Assembly: GCA_964368445.1 (NCBI GenBank)
Contig: CAYJAY010000009.1
Location: forward strand, 4,032 to 68,031
Length of the DNA: 64,000 nt
Source: an uncultured Oscillospiraceae bacterium
GTDB taxonomy: Bacteria > Bacillota > Clostridia > Oscillospirales > Ruminococcaceae
Direction of reading: 5' to 3'
Shown: in pieces, positions 57,277-64,000 of the stretch
Numbering within the stretch: the stretch's first letter is position 1
Layout of the letters: each line of letters opens with the position of its first letter
The notes under the pieces: model-generated
Database searches by the model: none
What the model was told of the DNA's origin: nothing
Seen by the model: only the letters and a program-made list of their open reading frames with translations
Made by a program: the position numbers and the translations under genes

Positions 57277-58383
57277 ATGAAAAGACTATTAGCAGTTCTT
57301 TTGGCTTTAACGCTTATGCTATCTTTGGTGGCATGTGCAGCTCCGGCAGAAGAGGTAACAACAGAACCGGAAGATACCTCGACAACCCCAGAACAAGTAG
57401 TTGACACACAAGGCGCAACAGAAAACCTTGGTTGGGAATTCCAACAAGAAGAATATAAACTAGCTTGTTATTGGCCCGCTCCCGATACCTATTTCGACAG
57501 CTATGTTAAAAAAGGCATGGAACAATTTAACGCCGATTACAGCCAAGATGTTGAGTGGATGGTTGGAACAGATTGGACACAAGACGTGGAAAACCAATCG
57601 GTTGAAGCGATGGCAGCGCAAGGATACGATCTATTTTATATCTTCGGTGCAGACAGCACAGGGGCTAACGCTTTGTATAAAGAGCTTTATGACGCAGGGT
57701 TTGAAGTTGTAAACTATGCAGGCGCAGTTGCAGACCCCCAAGAATCTGCTTTAACTCTCGCTTCCAACGTATATCAAATGGGATATGACAGCACAAAACT
57801 TCTCATAGAATATATGGGTGGCGAAGGCAAGATTATCAATGTTTTGGAAAACTTGAACGATGTTAACACACAAAAAAGACAACAAGGTGTTGAAGATGCA
57901 GTTGCGGAACATCCCGGTGTTGAGATAATCCAAACGGTTGCAGATATCGCAACGGTTGATGCAGGATTTGAAAAAATCTCGGATGCACTTGCGGCTAACA
58001 TGGATGCCGACGCTATCGTTGCAACGGGAGGCACCGCTTCAATTGCTCTTGCAAACGCAATGGGAGACTACTACGGAACAAACCCTGACGCAAAGCATAT
58101 CTTTGCAGGAACAGTTGACCAATCAAACGAAGTTATGAACGCTATCAAAGAAGGCCACATCGACCACACTTTGGCACAAAACGGCTGGGGACAAGGATAT
58201 ATCTCTCCGCTAATTCTTATGTACCTTAAAGACGGCTGGGAACCCATCACTTGGGGCGAACACATCGACTCTGGCTCGCTTGTAATAACGGTAGAAAACG
58301 TAGACACATGGCAACAAGATATCGAAAAATTGACGATGGATATAATCGCTTCGATAGAAACTGATATATTAATGCAACCGTAA
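57277..58383 (+). CDS. Sugar ABC transporter substrate-binding lipoprotein
   Basis: Lipobox LVAC. The signal peptide and acidic linker closely resemble those of the SBP encoded at 19464. Confidence 0.8.
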   Translation: MKRLLAVLLALTLMLSLVACAAPAEEVTTEPEDTSTTPEQVVDTQGATENLGWEFQQEEYKLACYWPAPDTYFDSYVKKGMEQFNADYSQDVEWMVGTDWTQDVENQSVEAMAAQGYDLFYIFGADSTGANALYKELYDAGFEVVNYAGAVADPQESALTLASNVYQMGYDSTKLLIEYMGGEGKIINVLENLNDVNTQKRQQGVEDAVAEHPGVEIIQTVADIATVDAGFEKISDALAANMDADAIVATGGTASIALANAMGDYYGTNPDAKHIFAGTVDQSNEVMNAIKEGHIDHTLAQNGWGQGYISPLILMYLKDGWEPITWGEHIDSGSLVITVENVDTWQQDIEKLTMDIIASIETDILMQP

Positions 58384-58440
58384 CAAAAATTAAAAAAATA
58401 AAAAATAGCACAGTATGCAACAAGCAACTTAAACTAGATA

Positions 58441-58479
58441 TGTGTATCTCTTCCTGCCTATGGTGGGAAGAGATACACA
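58441..58479 (+). other. Intercistronic 14-bp perfect hairpin between the SBP and ATPase genes
   Basis: tgtgtatctcttcc-tgcctatggtg-ggaagagatacaca, with no T-tract after it. Confidence 0.5.
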
Positions 58480-58555
58480 ATAAAACGGCAACTTTACCGT
58501 TGCTGCAAAGCTGGTTATAAATCCAATAAAAAGGTTCAAAATCCGGAGGTTTCAA

Positions 58556-60070
58556 ATGCTAAAGTTAAACAACATTTCCAAATCGTTCCCCGGCGTTAAA
58601 GCGTTAAGCGATTTAAGCGTTGAGTTTCTGCCAGGAGAGACACACGCTTTGCTTGGCGAAAACGGCGCAGGAAAAAGCACATTAATGAAGATTATCTGCG
58701 GTGTTTATCAAGCGGACAGCGGAGAAGTTTTTCTTGATGGTAAGAAACTCCGGCTAAAAGGATATAGTGATGCTGTCAATGCACACATCAGCATTGTGAA
58801 CCAAGAAATCACGTTAATTCCCAACAGCTCGATAGCAGAAAACATCGTGTTGGACAAAATGGACAAATTTTGCAAATATGGTTTTATGGACTGGAAATCG
58901 GTTAACGAAACCGCAAAAATATACATGGAACGTGTGGGTCTTGACATGCCGCCCACAACTCCGGTGCGGCATTTAAGCGCAGCCCATAAACAGCTAATTC
59001 AAATAGCAAAAGCGTTGAGTTCCAACGCAAAGGTTCTTTTGCTGGATGAGCCAACCTCCTCGCTTACACAGTTCGAGGCAGATATTTTGTTTGATATATT
59101 GCGCAAATTAAAGCAAGAAGGCGTAATAATGATCTATGTTTCCCACAAGCTTGAAGAAGTTCAGATGCTTGCGGACAGGGTTACGGTTTTAAGAGACGGA
59201 AAGTTAATTGGAACCGACACGATTGATAAGATGGACAGAGACACAATAGTCAAGATGATGATAGGACGAAATTCGTCCTTTGTATATAGAGGCCGTTTAG
59301 ATGCAGAGCAAAACCCTGTGGCACTAGAGGTGGAAAATCTTTCGTCCGACATTCACGGCATCGTAAACTTAAATTTTTCGTTAAAAAAAGGCGAGATCTT
59401 GGGATTATACGGCTTGGTTGGTTCGGGCAGAACCGAAACTATACGCACAGTTTTAGGAATAGACCCAAAAACAGACGGGTCGATTAAACTATATGGCCAG
59501 CCGGTTAAAACAAAGACGTTTTACGCAACACTGCAAAAACACAAGATGGGTTATGTTTCGGAAAATCGCAAAGAAGAAGGTTTGTTTTTGGAACATTCGG
59601 TGGGGCGCAACATCTGTATAAATTCGTTGCAAGACCTGTACTATTCAAAATTGTTACCGTTTATCAAGATAAAGAACGAGCAAAAAAGAGCCGAAGAATA
59701 TATTGAAAGGCTCGAGATTAAAACTCCAAAGGTTGAAACTAAAGCCGGTTCTCTTTCGGGCGGTAACCAACAAAAGATAAGCATTGCAAAATGGTTGAGT
59801 GTCGGCTGCGATGTTATAGTTATCGATGAGCCGACAGTTGGGGTAGATATAGGTGCAAAGGAATATATCCACCAACTTATTTGGGATCTTGCGGCAAAAG
59901 AAAACAAGGCGGTAATCGTGATATCCTCCGATATGAACGAGATAGTTTCACTGGCACGAAGAATATTAATCTTTAAAGATAAAAAGATAGTGAACGAATT
60001 AATGGGCGAGGAGTTTTTTGAACAACCCGGTGAAATAATATGTAAAGAAATCGGGAAGTATTTCATTTAA
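58556..60070 (+). CDS. Sugar ABC transporter ATP-binding protein (duplicated ABC domains)
   Basis: Walker A GENGAGKST, signature LSGGNQQK, 504 aa. Confidence 0.9.
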   Translation: MLKLNNISKSFPGVKALSDLSVEFLPGETHALLGENGAGKSTLMKIICGVYQADSGEVFLDGKKLRLKGYSDAVNAHISIVNQEITLIPNSSIAENIVLDKMDKFCKYGFMDWKSVNETAKIYMERVGLDMPPTTPVRHLSAAHKQLIQIAKALSSNAKVLLLDEPTSSLTQFEADILFDILRKLKQEGVIMIYVSHKLEEVQMLADRVTVLRDGKLIGTDTIDKMDRDTIVKMMIGRNSSFVYRGRLDAEQNPVALEVENLSSDIHGIVNLNFSLKKGEILGLYGLVGSGRTETIRTVLGIDPKTDGSIKLYGQPVKTKTFYATLQKHKMGYVSENRKEEGLFLEHSVGRNICINSLQDLYYSKLLPFIKIKNEQKRAEEYIERLEIKTPKVETKAGSLSGGNQQKISIAKWLSVGCDVIVIDEPTVGVDIGAKEYIHQLIWDLAAKENKAVIVISSDMNEIVSLARRILIFKDKKIVNELMGEEFFEQPGEIICKEIGKYFI

Positions 60071-60233
60071 CGAGCGTGGCAAAATAGATTTTAGGAAAAA
60101 ACTTCAAGCTAAATCAACGCCGTTTTCCACGTAATATTTGGCAAAAAACTTGACGATATGTATATAATAAAATTAAGGTGGTGGCAATCACCTTAATTTT
60201 CGCATTATGTAAACGGATATCGAAGGAGTGGCT

Positions 60234-61331
60234 ATGAAAACAAAACTTTTGCTAACAAAACTTTCGTTTTGTGTAATCTTTGCTTTGCTTTTAGGCGGTT
60301 GTAGTGATTCGCAATTTGTTCCAAGCGAACTACCCAAAGACATAGCCGAGCCACAACAGGTGAAGGTAGGCGCTGTCGAGGGAAAAAGCCTTGAAGACTA
60401 TAGGTTTGGGTTTTCGTTCGGTGGTGTTGCAGATTATTCGATACCACTTGAAAAGATGGCGTTGCAAGCTTGCGAAGATCTTGATATACCGTCGATCTTG
60501 ATAGACACACCGGAAAATTGGATTCAATCGGAACAAGATTTAGCACTGGATAACCTTGTTGAATTGGGGGCAAAAAGCATATTCATGATGCCGTCGGAGG
60601 CCACTGCGGGCAACGAAAAAATATCGCAACTTTCACAAAATGGGTTAGAGATAGTGTGCGTTGGAGGTGCACCGGATCTTCCGTCTGAAAGTGTGTTAAC
60701 GCTTGAAACAGACAACTATCAATGTGCATATGACGCCACACTTAAAGTTATCGAACACATGGAATACGAAGGAAATATAATAGGAATTTCGGGGGCCGAA
60801 ACCGACACCAACAGCAAAAAAAGGCTGCAAGGAATAGCAGATGCTTGCGCAAGATATGAGGGAATTGTTTTGCTTGAGCTTGTTAATGGAATTTCGACCA
60901 CTCAATCGGGGCTTGAAATTGTCGGTGAAGTTTTACAAAGGCAAGGCGAAAATGTCGATGGCATTGTGGCTATGGACTACTATGCCGCACAAGCTATGGC
61001 ATATTACCTTTTAAACCAACCGCAACACCAAGACATCTCTTGTGTCGGCATAGACTCCGACCCACTAGTTCTTGAAGCGATAGCACAAGGAAAGATGTTG
61101 GGGTCGATGTCGCAAAATCCGTGGGCGCAAGGATATATTGCGGTTTATACACTTAAAATGTTGGAAGATGGGTGGATCTATAAACAAAACCAACCGCACT
61201 TGATAGACACAGGAACACTTTTAATCTCGGCGGACAATACAAATGATTTTGAACAACAGATGATAGACCAAACATATGACATGGTGAAAACTTGGAGCGA
61301 CCGTTTTCACCCTCCTCAAACTTCATATTAG
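60234..61331 (+). CDS. Periplasmic-binding-protein-fold lipoprotein (second SBP-like protein)
   Basis: Lipobox LLGGC and a type I PBP-like sequence. Confidence 0.65.
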   Translation: MKTKLLLTKLSFCVIFALLLGGCSDSQFVPSELPKDIAEPQQVKVGAVEGKSLEDYRFGFSFGGVADYSIPLEKMALQACEDLDIPSILIDTPENWIQSEQDLALDNLVELGAKSIFMMPSEATAGNEKISQLSQNGLEIVCVGGAPDLPSESVLTLETDNYQCAYDATLKVIEHMEYEGNIIGISGAETDTNSKKRLQGIADACARYEGIVLLELVNGISTTQSGLEIVGEVLQRQGENVDGIVAMDYYAAQAMAYYLLNQPQHQDISCVGIDSDPLVLEAIAQGKMLGSMSQNPWAQGYIAVYTLKMLEDGWIYKQNQPHLIDTGTLLISADNTNDFEQQMIDQTYDMVKTWSDRFHPPQTSY

Positions 61332-61387
61332 ATGAAGCTTGAAAAGCTCCGCCGCATGGCGGAGGTTATTCATAATTAAACGGGGGA

Positions 61388-62350
61388 ATGAATTTGAAAA
61401 AGCACAGCTATCTTGTGATGTTATTTGTTGTTTTAACTGTTTCTTTTGTATGTGTTTTGTTGTTCAGCTATCGTTTTTTGGAGCAGGAAAACAAAGCACC
61501 TAAAGAAAATCTGCGAGTAAGCGTTATTTTGCCGACAAACAAACAGGAATACTGGGTAGAGGTATCAAATGGCATTGAACAAGCTTGTTCGGATGAAATT
61601 TCGATTTCGTTTCATTTTTCGGAAAACAACGTTTTAAGCGACCAACTGGAAAGTTTGGAGATGGCTATAGCCGCACAAGTCGATGGAATTATTGTGCAAG
61701 TTTCGGACGATATATATTTCGAAACAGCATTAAACCGAGCAACAGCCTATGGCATACCCGTTGTTGTGATAGACGGAAACGCAGGTGAAAACCATTATTA
61801 CGTTGGAAGCGACAACTATCAAATTGGTTATCTTGCAGGGCAAGCAATGGCGAATATCACAAACGAAACAGCAAACATTGCAATTATAACCGAAAACGAA
61901 AATTCATTTAGCCAAAACGAAAGAATAGATGGTTTTAAAGCTGCTATAAATCTGTTTGAAGAGATGTCGATAACAAGTATAGAGTATACAAATCCCGACA
62001 TAATAGAAGCTGCCAAAGTGGCAGAAGAAGTTTTAAAAACCCACCCCGAAACAGATGCTCTGTTTGGGGTAACCGGCATTAGCACCTCGGGAATTGCAAA
62101 GATGATCGAGACAAAATTCAACCAAACCTCCTACAGCGTTGTTGGGGTAGATAGCACTGCCGATACCCTGAAGGGGCTGGAACAAGGCTATATAAGCGAA
62201 ACGGTGGTGCAGCAACCAAACGAAATCGGAAAACAGGCCATAACAATATTAAATCAAATGTTAGTTGAAAAAAACTATCAACAAAGCAGATATAACTATA
62301 CGCCTATACAGCTTGTTATGGAACTTTCGTCTATTGAAAATGAGCGATGA
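61388..62350 (+). CDS. Membrane-anchored periplasmic-binding-protein-like sensor component
   Basis: Single N-terminal TM helix with no lipobox, followed by a PBP type I fold. It lies immediately upstream of the histidine kinase. Confidence 0.65.
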   Translation: MNLKKHSYLVMLFVVLTVSFVCVLLFSYRFLEQENKAPKENLRVSVILPTNKQEYWVEVSNGIEQACSDEISISFHFSENNVLSDQLESLEMAIAAQVDGIIVQVSDDIYFETALNRATAYGIPVVVIDGNAGENHYYVGSDNYQIGYLAGQAMANITNETANIAIITENENSFSQNERIDGFKAAINLFEEMSITSIEYTNPDIIEAAKVAEEVLKTHPETDALFGVTGISTSGIAKMIETKFNQTSYSVVGVDSTADTLKGLEQGYISETVVQQPNEIGKQAITILNQMLVEKNYQQSRYNYTPIQLVMELSSIENER

Positions 62351-62359
62351 GGAGATTTG

Positions 62360-63868
62360 ATGAAAAAAAGTAAAAACTCTACACGTTCTATGCAACTTCA
62401 CATTCGTATACACTACGGGATAACTGTGGTGTTAATGATTTTGATATTTGGCATTGGTATTTTTCTTAACGCTATAATTGCGGCAAGATACAACCAAGTT
62501 TTAGACAGCAACATGTACTATTCGGAATATGAAAGTGCTTTGCGTGAAACGTATCAGTCTTTAGACAGGTTAATCTACTACAGCACCGAGCCGGAAAACG
62601 ATTTAAACGAAAAATCCCTCGAATTTTACAAGCAGGCCGAGATGTTGCCTGTCAGAATATCGTACGAAGGGTTTTCGCGCGAGGCGCAAGATTTGAAATA
62701 TATGGCACATTCTTTTTTGACACAGGTGGGCAGCGCGAAAAGATTGGCGGAAAACGGATATATTGATGCCGCCATACCAATATATCAAGATTGCGAAAGA
62801 ATTTTCTCTTTGATTTTGCAGTATCACGCAAACAGCAACAGCACCCTTGTCGAGATAAACAAACAACAGCAAAGTCTCGTTAACGAATATAGGGAACTTT
62901 TGCTTATAGTCAATTTTCTTTTGGCGGCGGTGATTTTAGGTGGAAGTTTCCATCTTATAGTGCGGCTTATCGACCGAACGGTGTACCCGATAGAAACTCT
63001 GACAAAACAGGTGTCTGAAACAAAGACTTTAGAAAACACTATTCCACCTTTGCCGTCTATTGATTGCCAAACAAAAGAGGTTGAAACGTTGCGAGAAGCA
63101 TACAACGTTTTTATAGACAGGATAAACAAACAGTTTTTACACATTAAACAAACCGGTGATCTTGAAAAACAACTGCTTGAAAACGAGGCGCAAAACCTAC
63201 GCACCATGCACATGCTTAAAGCCAGCGAGCTTAAAGCTTTGCAAAGCCAGATAAATCCGCATTTCATGTTCAATGCACTTAATATGGTTACTAGCAGTGC
63301 GTATTTGGAGGGTGCAGAACACACCACACTTTTAATGGAGCTTCTTGGAAGCTACCTTAGATATAACCTTGATTATGCAAACCAAACGGTCAAGATTTCG
63401 GACGAAGTGAATAATATAATCGATTATCTCAAAATTCAAAAAATACGAATGGGGGAAAGGCTTGAATACGATGTACAGTGCGACAGTCTTGCGGCAGGGG
63501 GCAAAACCGCAAGTTTCATACTTCAACCGCTTGTGGAAAACGCATTGCATCACGGACTCAACTCTATTGTGGATGGTGGTTGGGTTAAAATTTCAATTGC
63601 TGCAAAAAACAACCGCGTGGAAATCCGTGTTGCCGACAACGGGGTTGGGATATCAAAAGAAAACCTTGAAAAATTAAACGATTTAACGACAAAAGATCCA
63701 TTGAGGGAAGACAACGAACATGGAATAGGGATAAAGAATGTTGTGTCACGGTTGTTGCTTTTTTTCGATAGTGATGTTGTTTTCAGGGTTACAAGCGAGC
63801 CATATAAAAAAACCGAATTTGTTCTTGATTTGCCTTTCACTTTGGAGGATATAAATTATGGGATATAA
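62360..63868 (+). CDS. Sensor histidine kinase, LytS/YesM type (His_kinase + HATPase_c)
   Basis: QINPHFMFNALN H-box and LQPLVENALHHG N-box, with two TM helices flanking an extracytoplasmic segment. Confidence 0.85.
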   Translation: MKKSKNSTRSMQLHIRIHYGITVVLMILIFGIGIFLNAIIAARYNQVLDSNMYYSEYESALRETYQSLDRLIYYSTEPENDLNEKSLEFYKQAEMLPVRISYEGFSREAQDLKYMAHSFLTQVGSAKRLAENGYIDAAIPIYQDCERIFSLILQYHANSNSTLVEINKQQQSLVNEYRELLLIVNFLLAAVILGGSFHLIVRLIDRTVYPIETLTKQVSETKTLENTIPPLPSIDCQTKEVETLREAYNVFIDRINKQFLHIKQTGDLEKQLLENEAQNLRTMHMLKASELKALQSQINPHFMFNALNMVTSSAYLEGAEHTTLLMELLGSYLRYNLDYANQTVKISDEVNNIIDYLKIQKIRMGERLEYDVQCDSLAAGGKTASFILQPLVENALHHGLNSIVDGGWVKISIAAKNNRVEIRVADNGVGISKENLEKLNDLTTKDPLREDNEHGIGIKNVVSRLLLFFDSDVVFRVTSEPYKKTEFVLDLPFTLEDINYGI

Positions 63869-64000
63869 ATTCCTGATAGCCGATGATGAAGCGATTGACC
63901 GCCAAGCATTAAGCAGGCTTTTAAGACAAGAAATTTCCGACATAGAAGAGATATACACCGCCAACAGTGGGGTTAAGATGCTTGAAATTCTTGAAAAGCA
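63858..64000 (+). CDS. Response regulator receiver domain, 3'-truncated by the window edge (probably YesN/AraC type)
   Basis: MGYKFLIADDEAIDRQAL... It overlaps the kinase stop by 11 nt and has a ggagga RBS. Confidence 0.75.
   Translation, partial: MGYKFLIADDEAIDRQALSRLLRQEISDIEEIYTANSGVKMLEILEK

Overview
AT-rich chromosomal segment from an endospore-forming Firmicute, Clostridia-like by gene content. It is mostly core and housekeeping genes. Conserved sporulation and housekeeping blocks are present: yqfC-yqfD-phoH-ybeY-era-yqzL-recO-mutS2-spoIIGA-sigE-sigG, then ylmC, bofA, ylbJ-like, a pdaA-like deacetylase and rpsF-ssb-rpsR. There is a nitrogen and aminosugar cluster (gdhA, asnS, type III glutamine synthetase, glmS, ileS). 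Two paralogous sugar ABC uptake loci are present: one has a LacI repressor with two matching palindromic operators, the other has a binding-protein/histidine-kinase/response-regulator sensor. RNA features I can support are an RNase P RNA and a cobalamin riboswitch upstream of a DUF4430 gene and a small membrane-protein gene. I found no transposase, integrase, CRISPR array or recognisable defence system. The parts worth a second look are: (1) a dispersed intergenic repeat, tandem (T/G)AGGAAT heptamers plus a short GC hairpin, sitting right after the stop codons of glmS, era and sigG; (2) an ORF-free stretch of about 280 bp packed with strong stem-loops at 53.3 kb, next to decayed AraC-like and ArsC-like gene remnants carrying in-frame TGA codons; (3) a translationally coupled pair of a cytoplasmic RdhA/QueG-like Fe-S protein and a GltD-like flavoprotein; (4) a small XRE module inserted after sigG. 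All functional calls rest on motif and family recognition by eye; no searches were run.
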